This document shows, in pieces, positions 38,004-51,797 of a stretch of DNA of 64,000 bases. A model generated the notes under the pieces. That model was not told the DNA's origin, did no database searches, and saw nothing but the letters and a program-made list of their open reading frames with translations. The stretch covers positions 399,156,001 through 399,220,000 of the forward strand of contig OZ024741.1 of assembly GCA_964016885.1 (NCBI GenBank), written 5' to 3'. Numbering within the stretch: the first letter of the stretch is position 1; the number at the start of each line of letters is the position of its first letter. Both the position numbers and the translations under genes were made by a program. Origin of the DNA: Eledone cirrhosa (lineage: Eukaryota).

Positions 38004-38615
38004 CATGGTGGCTGCTAACTCGTTTTCGAGTACGGCCACTACTTTATATCCATGTAGGAGAACGCCTACCGATGCGCTAAACAAGTGTGACTTTTTAGTC
38101 CAGCCAGCGACTTGAAAACTCTAGTACAAACACTACACTTGTGACAATTATTGACACATAGTGCTGGGCCCTTGGTACCATGTGATGATAAGTGCAGAGA
38201 GATCTCCAGATATAAAGCAATGCCTGTGCCGTGAAGCTTTTATAGTGAGCAAAGGCACTGCACAAAGCCAGTCCCACTCTCTTAACCAAGATGATATTTA
38301 CCAAAAAGAAGAACAAGTCAACATCATTGGATACCATCAGAGTTGCAGGTGTTATATCAGAGTTTTCCTTCTCCTAGAATTCTGCCTTGACAAAGGCTAT
38401 GGGGTCATCTCTCCCGGTGATTTTGGATGGCCATTGACTCTTAAGAGCTCCTTTGCCCTTTGACAGGTTTTGTTTTTAGTCCTGCAGGATGTCCAAAGTC
38501 ACCCTCCTCACCAAGAAACCTTGGTGGGGTTGCCAGTTTAGTCGCCAACGACCCGACCATGAGACAGGTTGTACTGGGATACATGTTACCAGTAGCACTA
38601 ACTGGTGACCTGACA
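38004..38615 (-). mobile_element. Non-autonomous bipartite RTE derivative (shared 5' head + zinc-finger remnant + RTE-type 3' stem-loop)
   Basis: 3' end GTGGCCGTACTCGAAAACGAGTTAGCAGCCACCATG; remnant C..CTRVFKSLAGLKSH; ACATACAATCAT occurs on both flanks (TSD-like). Confidence 0.75.
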
Positions 38616-38663
38616 TATATACATACAATCATACATACATACATACATACATACATGCATACA

Positions 38664-39190
38664 TGATGGCTGCCCCCTCGTTATCGAGTATGGCCATTGC
38701 ACGATATACCATTATTAATAATTATTAATTAATTTTATCGTGCAATGCCTGTGCGTGAAGATATTTTTTAAAGTGAGGAGAGACTGTGCACTGAGCCAAT
38801 CCCACTCCCTGAGCGACAGTAGCTATAACCTGAAAAGAAGAAAAGATCAACATCATCTGTAACTACTGAGACACAGGTTTTATATCTAAGTTATCCCAGT
38901 TTCCTGAGTTGCCTTCTCCTAGAAGAATGCCCTGACAAAGGCTAGGGGTCTTTCACTCCCAGTGGTTTAACCACGCGGTACATGTGTATATACATATTTA
39001 CACACTTTTGGGTGGCCGTTGACTTTAATGAGTTCTTCCGCCCTTTGTCAGGTTTTGTTTTTCGTCCAAAAATCACCTTCCTCACCAAGTAAATTTGGTG
39101 GGGTTGCCGGTTTAGTCGCCGACGACCCGACCATGCGACAGGTTGTACTGGGTTACATGTTACCAGTAGCACTCAAGAGTGACCCGACAC
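38664..39190 (-). mobile_element. Second non-autonomous RTE derivative; head-only copy at 46183-46375 (+)
   Basis: Last ~40 nt identical to the RTE 3' end at 36191; 5' ~170 nt similar to 38440-38615. Confidence 0.78.
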
Positions 39191-39567
39191 ATATACATAC
39201 ATACATACATACATACATACATACATACATACATACATAAACACATACATACATACATACATACATACATACATACATACATACATACATACATACACAT
39301 TCATGTGTATATTTATATTGATAATCGTAACAATCTACAAAACATGCACACGTGTACATGTATGTTCGCACGCGCAAATACGTATAAACACATATATACA
39401 TACATGTGTGTGTGTGTGTGTGTGCATTTGTGCATGTAATGCATGTATATATATATATATGTGTGTGTGTGTCTATATATATATATATGTGTGTGTATGT
39501 ATTATGCACATGCATATTTATACAATTTATATGCATAAATATCCATGTGTGAGTGTATGTGTATCTA

Positions 39568-39704
<137 letters not shown>

Positions 39705-39750
39705 TATATATATATACACAGTGTATATATATATACTGTATATATATACA

Positions 39751-39865
<115 letters not shown>

Positions 39866-40816
39866 TATAACCGTAGGTTTGCCCACTGAGACACATGTCT
39901 AATATTCTATGTTGACATTTTGATTCGTTAAAACACATTTCAACCAGTGATTCTCTGTTCCTTCTAGAATGTTCTCTAATTATTCCTCTTATATAAACAA
40001 AGTAGAAAATCTGTAGTCACCACACGGAACTAAACCAATAAGTTCTTTTAGGCGTTCTTTCTGCAACATCGGTCTCTCTTCTTCTCCTTGCTGTTGTTGT
40101 CACTGTTGTTGTCGTCACTATTGTTGTTGTTGTTGTTGTTGTTAGTGATGTTTTTGTTGTTGTTGTTAGTGTTGTTGTTGTTGTTGTTGTTGTTAGTGTT
40201 GTTGTTGTTGTTAGTGTTGTTGTTGTTTTTATTGGAATATTTCTGTGGCTGTTGTTTTTTGTTGTTTTAGGTTGTTGTTGTTTTTGTATTTTCATCACTA
40301 ATTTTTGGTCTCTCTCTATCTCACTCTATCTCTCTCTCTTTCTCTCTCCCTATTTTAAACTGCAATCCATATTTATTATTATTGTAACATGCTTTCCAGC
40401 ATAAAGTTACGTCCCTTTACCAACTGAGTTCAAATCCCGCCGAGGTTAACTTTGCCTTTCATCCTTACGGGGTCGATAAAATAAAGTACCAGTAATGAAC
40501 TGGGTAATTGCTGGCCTTGTGTCTAAAGTAGAAACAATTTTCTTCTTCTTCTTCTTCTTCTTCTTCTCCTTCTTCTTCTTCTTCTTCTTCTTCTTCTTTT
40601 TCTTCTTCTTTCGTCTGTACCGATATATATATACATATATATATAGAAACATACATATATAAATATATATAACATCAATATGAAAACCGATGGGATTTGA
40701 ACTCACAACACATCTATTTCAATGTGTATTCTATTGTCACTCTACTGCCTCACATCCAGCCGTCACCCCACCCTCTATATTACGATATCAGATGTCTGCA
40801 CTTAAATCGATATATA

Positions 40817-41043
40817 CGAGGAGATGGGGGAGGGGCAGATAAGTTCCTGGCTTTGGGTAAAAGAAAATACAGGAGGATCAGTTAATTATGATATAATTCA
40901 ACATATTCCCCTCTCAGATTCTCACACTTATTGCAGCGGTCCTTCAGGTTTTCTAAGCCCTGTAAAAAGAACTCAGAAGGTTGAGCCTCCAGCCAGGCCT
41001 CTATAGCAACGATCAAGCCAGGAACTTTTCACCACCCCCTCGC
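40817..41043. mobile_element. Internally deleted mariner-type element (MITE)
   Basis: Imperfect TIRs CGAGG..GGGGCAGATAAGTTCCTGGCTT and AAGCCAGGAACTTTTCACCACCCCTCG; SINE A copies on either side (40385-40540, 41045-41212). Confidence 0.65.
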
Positions 41044-41629
41044 ATAGAGGGTTGGACGCCATGTTTTCGAGCATAGTTACGTCCCTTTGCAGTCTGAGTT
41101 CAAATCCCGCCGAGGTTAACTTTGCCTTTCATCCTTACGGGGCCGATAAAATAAAGTACCAGTAATGTACTGGGTAATTGCTGGCCTTGTGTCTAAAGTA
41201 GAAACAATTATTTATTTATATATCGATTGACTTTCGTCAAATCGGACCGAGGATACAATGTTTCCGTTGGTCTTTCCAGTTGCTAATACTATCTATCGGT
41301 CGCAACTCCAGGTAGAAGGAGCAACGTGAAATAAAGTGTCTTGCTCAAGGACATAACGCATCACCCGGTCCAGGAATCGAACTCATAAGGTCAAGATTGA
41401 GAACTCAATTCTCTAACTACTCAGCCACACACCTTCAGAAATAACAACACAATCGGTACAGCATATGGAAGGGATATATTAGGTTAAAATTTCAAATCCC
41501 GCTAAGGTCATCTTTAACATATAACTTAGGCAGAAAGCCAAAAATGTGGGGTAGACAGAGTCCCTAATACTCGCCTCCCGCCCAAGTACTTGAAATAAAA
41601 TCCTGGTTTTACGTCCAGAAGATGAGTTA

Positions 41630-41845
41630 CGGATGGTGGTTTTAACATCAAGAATGACTATTATGGATGTTATTTTCTCTGCGGGACAACTTCAAGATAC
41701 ATTTATCGAGCAGAATGTACCATTGTATCGAATTCTTCCTGACATAACAAAAGATTTTGACGTCATTAACGGAGGAACATTACGGAAAATTTGTTTTAAA
41801 TGGCATTGCCCAGCAAAATATGGGAATGTATGCAAAGGACTATAT
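41630..41845 (+). pseudogene. Old RTE reverse transcriptase fragment
   Basis: MDVIFSAGQLQDTFIEQNVPLYRILPDITKDFDVIN resembles RTE D.IF..RQLQEKC.EQ..PLY..F.D.TKAFD.V. Confidence 0.7.
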
Positions 41846-42453
41846 TATTTGCCTTTCATTACATTCAAGTTCGATAAAAAGTACCAGTCTAATACTGGAG
41901 TCGATTCTTCCTCTATATCTCTTTCTTACTTCAATTCTCTCACACTAGCTATCTATCCTTCTCTGGAAGAAATCTGCTGTATTCAGACCTGGAGAGGTGA
42001 TGAGCTCCATCAGATTTCTCTTTTAAGAAAAGAAACCCTAGAAATACCGTATGTCAATACGGCACCCCTACGATTCCCTTATGAGTTACGAGTCCATATA
42101 TACAAAGATTCTGAAGAAAAGGAATGCGACAGTGTGGGTGTATTCTCACAAATACACTACACATATTCACAGACGCTAACTTTAGAGAACAATCACTTAG
42201 CTCGACGTCGGCCACAAAACATTACTTTGCAGTGAGCAGCAGAGCATGTCAGTTGAACTGAGCACTGCCAACACATATGTTAGTACATAACAATATTATT
42301 CCACAGACAGAAGACAGAATAAATCCTATAGAAAGGCTGAGACTTGTCTGTCATGTGTTTGTTCTAGAACTTAACAAATCGACATCATAAACGTCATCTC
42401 ACGATATATGTATGAATATATAATATGACAGTGAACAGAGAAGCTAAAGCATC

Positions 42454-42490
<37 letters not shown>

Positions 42491-42494
42491 CACG

Positions 42495-42567
<73 letters not shown>

Positions 42568-42651
42568 GTGGTTACACAACAGTTAGTTCACCTAACTCGT
42601 CCCATGGACTGAGTGCTCTACCACTACGGATATTACCTTCCAGTGTTACAC

Positions 42652-42712
<61 letters not shown>

Positions 42713-42794
42713 GTTAAAACAGAAAACAAAAACAATAATGAAGAGTGCAGTACAAAGTGTTAATATTAGGTTCACGCTTGAGAGTGTGGGGTGG

Positions 42795-42830
42795 GGGCGA
42801 CGTTTCGGGCATAAGCACTTCATCAGGAGA
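42795..42830 (-). ncRNA. Minimal type I hammerhead ribozyme
   Basis: Reverse complement: CTGATGA-aGTGC ttat GCCC-GAAAC GTC; one mismatch in stem II, stem I weak. Confidence 0.6.
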
Positions 42831-43010
42831 AAAGTGGGAAGGAAAAGAGTTCCGAGGGTGTGAGGGGGAGTGGTAGAAAGACATTAAAGGGGGGGGGATG
42901 AAAGGAAGGAAAAAGACATATATATATGTGTGTGTAAAAGGTAAACTGAAATAACAACACAATCAGTACAGTATATGGAAGGAATATATTAGTTTAACGC
43001 CTGAAATAGC

Positions 43011-43057
<47 letters not shown>

Positions 43058-43379
43058 TGTGTGTGCACTCGCATGTATGTATGTATATATGTAGAAGGTG
43101 AAGCTTAACTGTAAGAAATAGCGTTTTTTCCAAAATGTTCACACTTATACTCAGTGCTTCATCTATATCAGGTCTACAGGCTGTATCAAAATGAATCATC
43201 CGATTTTATTTACAATTTCTTCAAATGTTCTATTTGTAAATAACTCTATAAAAGTTTATCAAGGTTACAAAAGAAGAACGAACTTTATATTCAGACATGT
43301 ATTATACAAGTTCCCACCTGATTATATGGTCATTTGTTTCAAAGATAAAGCCGTTTTGATACATCCTGTATATAGATCT

Positions 43380-44220
43380 TAGTCTTTAGTGACCAAACTG
43401 GCCAAAACCGGCTCTGGTTCTACGAAATAAAATCACTCATTTTAAAGGTTTCCAATTTAAATAAAAAACCTTCCAACATAATTTTATATAAGAACCTTAC
43501 ATTAATCTACTATCTTAGTAACGAAATAATTAATGGTTTCTTATATAGGCACAAGGCCAGCAATTTTGGGGGAGGAGAAAGTTGATTAAATCGACCCCAG
43601 TACATTACTGGTGCTTTATTTCATTGACCCCGTAAGGATGAAAGGCAAAGTTAACCTGGGTGGGATTTGAACTCAGACCGGAAAGGACCGTAACTCTATG
43701 CTGCAAAGTATGCCGTCCGATCCTCTACCGATACTACAAATCCACCGCCCTCGAAATAATTAATATTGTTATATTTGGAGAGTTATGCTGTCCTAATATT
43801 GCCAAAAAATAGTAAAACAAATTCACTATACTGAAACTGAGGAGAAAACCAAACAGTGAGTGTGTTTTACTATATTTGTCAATATTAGGACAGCATGACT
43901 CTCTCCAAATATAACAATATCTGTTTCAACACACGACTTCATATCAAAAGTCTTGCAAAACAAATACATTGCTGCTAACTCAAAATTCTTCATTAATTAA
44001 TTGAAATGGAGTGTATTTCATGAGAAATGTGGTCATGAAATGGTTAAAGTATTTATATTTAAATTAAAATCTTCCAACATAATTTTATTTAAGAACCTTA
44101 CATTAAGTTACTATCTTAATAATAAAAAAAAATTATAATTTTATTAAATCCCTCGAAATTCTTCAATAATTAATTGAAATAGAGAGTATTTTATTCGAAA
44201 TGTGGTGATGAAAGGGTTAA
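43380..44220. mobile_element. Decayed TTAA-ended (piggyBac-like) non-autonomous element with internal duplication and nested SINE/PLE fragments
   Basis: Right end GAAAGGGTTAA; segment AACCTTCCAACATAATTTTAT..AGAACCTTACATTAA occurs at both ~43468 and ~44068. Confidence 0.4.
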
Positions 44221-44620
44221 AGTCAAACTGACTTCTGCTTCTGTCTTCTGTGTCGTTATTGTTGGTCTAAAGTGGATTATATGTCACAAAGCTCTGATCT
44301 ACTTAGTCTTATCTAATTCCCAAAGTATGATATATGAAACAGGAGACTAAACCCTAAACTCTTCTCATATATCTGTATCGAATACATCTTCATTTCCATT
44401 CCTCTCCCACAATATGTACGCATTTCGTGGTGGCGGGGAGGATATCTAAATATTCATGCACGCGTTTAACAGGCAATGGGATAAAACAAAATGCTCACGA
44501 GATATAAATACGATATATGATGGCAAGATGTAAATGTATTCTGTGAACGAAACGTCTGCAAGATATTTAATATTCTACTCTATAATTTATACACTTTGCA
44601 GAGAAAGACATAAAATTTGC

Positions 44621-44685
<65 letters not shown>

Positions 44686-44689
<4 letters not shown>

Positions 44690-46102
44690 CTCAAATTGTA
44701 ATTGCTACCTACCGGATAAGTGCCCACTACGGAATAGATGCCTGGATTCGGGTATGGTATACCTGTGTACTATGAATTCAGGCAATTCTACTTGGCACTA
44801 CATAGGTTCCACGGTTGGGAAGTTCAAGAAAAGGTACGTCCATAGACACTCCATGAAGAACCGTGCACTGGAGAACTCTACGACGCTCGCCAATAAAATC
44901 TGGCAGCTTAAGGACAAAAACCTAGAATATAAGATTAGCTGGTCAAATTTATCGGCAGCAAAAGCCTACAGCAACGGTATGTCCCACTGCGGGCTTTGTA
45001 ATTTAGAACTACTACATATCTTAAGGTACGATGGGATGCTGCTTAACAGCAAAATAGAAAGATCTATTTTCTGTATGCATAAAATAGCTACTAGATTCAC
45101 AAATTTCAAACCACCATGATCTGAACCAGCAATCCCAAAATTAGAACTGAACCACCTAGATTTTAACATATAGAATACACACCATCGCACTGCTATTAGC
45201 TATCAAACGGCCAACTGGTCACTGGATCATAAATCTCTGAACATATCTTTCACCCTCTCTCCCTGAAACAGCATCAACCCCATTAAGATAGAACAATCAG
45301 CAAAACATTTACAACAAGCGTTTATCAAATGTCCCGTCATCCCTAGCTCATAAATATCATACATGATCCGCCAATTAATCTCTAAATTATTGTCTTTTCT
45401 TTTATCGGACCCTCTACGCGTATCTATGTACATCTCGAATCTGGTTTCTCATATTAGCACTAAATTCACCAGCGAATCCTTAGAAGAACACTTACTCAAA
45501 AACTACTACTATGTACTTACACGCTCTCACTTATTTCTTTCTTTATATTTTTCATTGTCTCATTTTCTTATTTTTTAATGTACCCTATCTTATATTTTAC
45601 TTTTTACTTTTTACATCTGTAACTTCTCTACCTATTTACCTTACATGTTTTATTATTGATGTTGTTGTTTTATTATTGATACGCTATTTTTTTATTGTTT
45701 TTATTGTTTTGATTATACGCTATTTTTCTATATAAGTCTTGCTTCGAGTGAATTTTTTCATATCTACGTACTCTGATGTGTTGACCAGAGGTAAATAATT
45801 GTTTCTACTTTTGGCACAAGGCCAGCAAATTATCCAGTACATTACTGGTACTTTATTTTATCGACCCCGTAAGGATGAAAGGCAAAGTTGACCTCGGCGG
45901 GATTTGAACTCAGAATAGAAAGGACCGTAACTCTATGTGTCAAAGCATGACGCCTGACACTCTGCCGATACTGCCAATCCACCATCGAATGATGCAACCT
46001 CAAGCGATTAGCGAACTCTAGACTCGCCTGATCAACGAAACATTTGTCAGTACATTAAATAAAGCCCTTATTGTACAGCCAACCATGTTACTCATCATTC
46101 TT

Positions 46103-46108
<6 letters not shown>
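44686..46108 (+). mobile_element. 3' fragment of a second PLE family (GIY-YIG + 3' terminal repeat) between (TA)n tracts, with a SINE A at 45795-45985
   Basis: CNC..CPL..CL..VY..YIGST..FKKRY..H..N.TTLA..IW.LK..ISW..C.LC..E..LN..C.H endonuclease pattern at 44697-45119; split hammerhead; AATAAA near the end. Confidence 0.85.
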
Positions 46109-46181
<73 letters not shown>

Positions 46182-46399
46182 TATGTCAGGTCGCTCTTCA
46201 GAGCTACTGGTAACATGTAACCCAGTACAACATGTGTATGGTCGGATCGTCGGTGACTAAACTGGCAAATTCACCAAACTTGCTTGGTGAGGACGGTGGT
46301 TTTGGACACCCTGCGGTATAAAAAACAAAACCCATCAAAGGACGGAAATATTCAGGAGAGTCAATGGTCATCCAATTAAGTTTCTTCTAATCTTCATTA

Positions 46400-47270
46400 G
46401 TTATTCTGGGGGAGGAAAAAGTCGATTAATTCGACCTCACTACGTTACTGGTACTTTATTTTATCGAACCTTTAAGGATGAAAGACAAAGCTAACCTTGG
46501 CAAGATTTGAACTCAGAATGTAAAGAATGGCATAGACGTAACTCTATGCCATAAAGCATGTTGTCCGACGCTCTACCGATACTGCCAACACACCGCCCTT
46601 TATTTTGCTATTAATAATGTTTTCTGAATTAGACAGGAAGCCATCATTTTGGGGAGGGGAAGTCGATTAAATTGACCCCAGCGTGTTACTGGTACTTTAT
46701 TTTATTCACCCCATAAGGATGAAAGGCAAAGTTGACAGTTCAGTGGCATAAATATATGCCACAAATCATGTTGTTTGATGCTCTTCCGATTACTGTTATT
46801 TCACCGCCCTCTATTATGCTAGAAATAATATTTCTATAGTTAATCTTGCTTTTGTAGAATTCTGTATATGATGGAAGTACTATCAACTAGTGTTCTTCTA
46901 TCAAGTTTTGTTTCATGTACTGTACGAGAGTAGAGGCTGCATGGCCGAAGGGTTAAAAAGTTCGCCTCACAATATTTAGGTCCCGGGTTCGATCCCAGTT
47001 CGTGGTATCATTTCCAAGGGTCATTTACCATAGCTTGGGGTTGACTCATTTTTAGTGAGTGAAATATGGTGGACGGAAGCTGTTTGGAAGACCGTCGGAT
47101 GAACTGTACCAGTAATTCAAACAGCCACATACAGCCAGGTTGAATCTTCCCGACAATTATGTTAAGCGTACACGTGTCTGTAGAATGCTAAGCCACTTTC
47201 ACGTTAATTTCATCAGCCGGCTGTTCCTTTAACCGATCAACTCGACGTCAAAACTGACGGAGTCCATTCC
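46400..47270. mobile_element. Two SINE A copies (-; 46400-46810) and a third tRNA-derived SINE type (+; 46935-47270)
   Basis: Family A domain; GGCTGCATGGCCGAAGGGTTAA...GGTTCGATCCC tRNA-like head. Confidence 0.7.
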
Positions 47271-47578
47271 ACGGTACTATAAAGTGGTGCACTAGCTTCA
47301 TGATGTCAATGTATGAAGAGTTAACAAGAGTGGGTCGTACTTCTGCGTCCCGTAGAACAAATAGTTCGAATCAAAAAGTTTACAGCGTTTATATTTACGT
47401 TAAAAACTGTACATTAAAATGGCTGCCTAAAACAAAACACACTATTAAAGGGAACAAAATAAAAGAATTGAGTAACAAAAAAAGGAGAGAGGGAGGGACT
47501 AACACATCCCAGTCTGGGCAGTGTTTCAGCTGCACCCAGTGGATACATTAGCAAAGGCATTACTGCAAAGAAATTGAC

Positions 47579-47926
47579 AGAGTGGTTAGAACGTCGGATA
47601 GAATGGTAGAGTCGTTAGAACGTCAGATAGAATAGTAGAGTCGTTAGAACGTCGGATAGAATGGTAGAGTGGTTAGAACGTCGGATAGAATGGTAGCGTC
47701 GTTAGAACATCAGATAGAATGGTAGAGTCGTTAGAACGTCAGATAGAATGGTAGCGTCGTTAGAACAACATCAGATAGAATGGTAGAGTGGTTAGAACGT
47801 CGGATAGAATGGTAGCGTCGTTAGAACATCAGATAGAATGGTAGAGTGGTTAGAACGTCGGATAGAATGGCAGAGTGGTTAGAACGTCAGATAGAATGGT
47901 AGAGTGGTTAGAACGTCGGATAGAAT
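47579..47926 (+). repeat. About 12 tandem copies of a 29-bp unit derived from a SINE head
   Basis: GAGTGGTTAGAACGTCGGATAGAATGGTA; the last unit runs directly into the SINE body. Confidence 0.9.
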
Positions 47927-48463
47927 GCTTTGTGGTATTCGTTTTGGCACTCTTCTCTCTCAGTACAAATCCCACCGATGTTAACTTTGTCATTCAAGGT
48001 CGATAAAAAAAGTACCAGTCATGTACTGGAGTCGATTCTTCCTCTATATATCTACCTCGCGTCTATTCTCTCACTCTCTATCCTTCTCTGGAAGAAATTT
48101 GCTCTATTCAAACCTGGTGTTTTGTTGTAACATATTCAAACGATGAGCTCGTCTTTAGGTGCCATATTTACGATCTGTTTTACGAGATATTTTAATGACA
48201 TATATAGAGTTTAGTTGAAACAAGCCATTAATTTAGCATGTAATTCATCCGTTGAACAATTATAGATAACGCGATAATGATTATTTTATATATAACAGTG
48301 CAGTATTGCTACGACCTTTTGCCACCCACTGCAAACCACACCAACAACATTTTATATTACTAGCCTTTCATTCATGATGCCGAAGTCGACAATTCCTTCA
48401 GATGTTAAATAATTTTATATATGAATATAATATGGTTAATAAGGATATATATATGCGTGTGTG

Positions 48464-48494
<31 letters not shown>

Positions 48495-48541
48495 GTGTGT
48501 GTATGTGTGTATGTGTGTATGTATGTATGTATGTATGTATG

Positions 48542-48572
<31 letters not shown>

Positions 48573-48647
48573 GCCTATCATTTCACCGAGTGAGTGGAGC
48601 CCGGGGCATGCTGAAATAAATTCGGCAACTAATGTATATATACGAAG

Positions 48648-48683
<36 letters not shown>

Positions 48684-48714
48684 GTATATATATATATACG
48701 TATATATATACAGT

Positions 48715-48838
48715 ATATTGAGAAAATCCACAAACCCTCCATCTCAATTCTACTTTTGAAACGCATAAGAACTGTGAAATGGGTAAATGAAATAAATAAA
48801 TATTCTTAAAAAGACTCCAGTTGCATTTTCGATTCCCT
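48715..48838 (+). mobile_element. Solo PLE terminal fragment with a decayed hammerhead, in (TA)n
   Basis: Homologous to the reverse complement of 53215-53342. Confidence 0.7.
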
Positions 48839-48962
48839 TATATATATATATATATATATACTGTAAATTACATGCAAGCGTGGAAAAATAGACATGAAAC
48901 GACGATGAGGATGACACACGTGTAGTACATACATACATACATACATATATGCATGCATACAT

Positions 48963-49024
<62 letters not shown>

Positions 49025-49437
49025 ACAATTTTATGTAAATCCCTCGGCGGGATTTGAAATCAAAGAGTAGAGAGCCAAAACGAATAGCACAAAACATTCT
49101 ATCTGACGTTTTAACAACTTTGCCAACTCACCATAACGTCACAAATAGGTCAATTCCCGTTCATCAAAGGATTATATACTAACCTATTAAGGTCTTTACT
49201 GAGTGTATATAATTATTCATTCAGGAATGTTTATGTGTAAGTACATATGAATAAATGTATGTATGCAAGTATTAACGGGTGTAACGTCACAAATAAAATG
49301 GGGCTTCTTAATGTATTGCAATTTAATACAAAGTGCAATATTTCGAGATGAGAAATTTATCCGTCGTTTTGATCGGATGACATTTTCTGTAATGTGTGAA
49401 CTACCACCATCTCTAAGATGGAGCTACATGAGTAGAT

Positions 49438-49490
<53 letters not shown>

Positions 49491-49513
49491 ATCATATATA
49501 TGTTTGTATATAC

Positions 49514-49595
<82 letters not shown>

Positions 49596-49606
49596 GAGAG
49601 AGAGAG

Positions 49607-49654
<48 letters not shown>

Positions 49655-49957
49655 TGTGTAGAGAGAGAGAGAGAGTGAGAGAGAGAGGGCGGGGGAGATG
49701 GAGGGAAGGCGGATTGTGTGTGTCTATGAGAGTGGGGTGAGAAGAGAGGAGGAGGAAATGAATGTTTGTGAAATAGGTCAAGGTTGGACATGTTTTAGTG
49801 TGTCTGCCTTGGTACTCGTCTGTCTTATATGTGCTCAATATAGAGAGAGCATTCTACACTACTCTATTACACGCCTATATAGGTTGGCCTTGCTACACAC
49901 AAAATGGAATATATGTCTGTTTATACACTCACTTCCACACACTCAAAGACACACACA

Positions 49958-50032
<75 letters not shown>

Positions 50033-50413
50033 CGTTGACAAATATATCAATATGCCCAGACATGCAGATATATTGCCCTTGGTATGACAGTGTGGTTTTA
50101 GCTCAATAACTAGATGAAAGAATGGATGAAACACTGTTAGCTAATAAAACAATGTATTTCTAAGCGCTCTTTGGTTATTCCTATAACTATATATATATAT
50201 ATAATTGGTGTTGGATGCTTAAAGCGTCCGTTTGCGGTAGGCCGCTTGAGCACTCGATGCTCACATAGAGCAGAGTATGATAGGACAGAAAAAAAGAGAA
50301 TCAGTGTTGCGACGAATGGAATTTATTTTTTCTGTGATATATATATATATACACTCACTTCCACACACTCAAACATATATATATTTATTTATATATGCTT
50401 ATATATACATGTG

Positions 50414-50496
<83 letters not shown>

Positions 50497-51229
50497 ATAT
50501 ATATATATACATCTGTAGCCGTTCTAAATAGCACCATGTGCACCCATTCTCAGACATGCTATAATGTATACAACTGTAGCCGATATAAAACCTATTAACC
50601 AATCTGTAACAAAGAAGCAAGTCTATTGCATGTTAATACACAGCAGTGACAATGACACGTGCCTCAGCTGTTGGTTTCAGTTTCAAAACTTAGAAAACAT
50701 TTTGAAATGATCTCTCCCCCGGACAGGAAGCTTATAAAATTCTTAGTATATATATGTATGCTCATTGCTGGCTGGAGTTGCTGAAATAATGACGGCAGTA
50801 GTGTTGAATGTATTTCCTTTTTGGAAGTCCAGGACCGGTATGGCATGTGTGTATGACAGCTCACACCTGTGTGTGTGCGTGTGTGACAGCTCACACCTAT
50901 GTGTGTGTGTGACAGCTCACACCTATGCAGGTTTAGCTGGCCTCCTCCAAGGTATATCTCGTTGGGGGTGTCTTGGGTAATTTAATGATAGGGACCCCAG
51001 TCCTATCATCTCATTTCTACACGTGAGTAAACTGGAGCAACGTGAAATAAAGTGTCTTGCTCAAGGAAACAACACATCACCCGGTCCGAGAATTGAACTC
51101 ACAACCTTTCGATTGCAAGCCCAATGCTCTAATCACTAAGCCATCTGCTCCATTCATTTATGGTATGGTATATATACCAGAATATATGGTTTGACATATA
51201 TATACCAGGATAGTATATATATATATGAC

Positions 51230-51407
51230 TTACCAGTCCTATATACCATCCTGGTATATATGATATACCAGTCCTATATACCAGGATGCTCTATAGGACA
51301 TACCAGTCCTATATACCAGGATGCTCTATAGGACATACCAGTCCTATATACCAGGATGCTCTATAGGACATACCAGTCCTATATACCAGGATGATATATA
51401 GGACATA
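51230..51407. repeat. 35-bp tandem repeat TACCAGTCCTATATACCAGGATGCTCTATAGGACA (~4 copies)
   Basis: Direct reading. Confidence 0.85.
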
Positions 51408-51797
51408 CGGTGCATTAGCCGAGTCGTTAAAACGTCAGATAGAATGTTTTACGGTATTCGTTCCGGCTCTCTCCTCTCTCAGTTCAAATCCCACCGAGAT
51501 CAACTTTGCCTTTCATCATTTCGTGGTTGATAAAAAAAAAGTACCAGTCAAGTACTGGGGTCGATTCTTCCTCTATATCTCTTTTTCACTTCTATTCTCT
51601 CACTCTATTTATCTTTCTCTGGAATAAATTCCAGTATTCAGACCTGGAGAGGAGATGGGCTCCACCAGGCTTAAAATGCCCTAGAAACCCCGAATGCCAC
51701 TACTGTGTCGCTGTGACTCTTTCGTTAGTTACGGGACCATCCCTATAGCATAACTTGTGGACCAGTGTCGTCAGTAATGACGGCAATTCTTGGAGTT

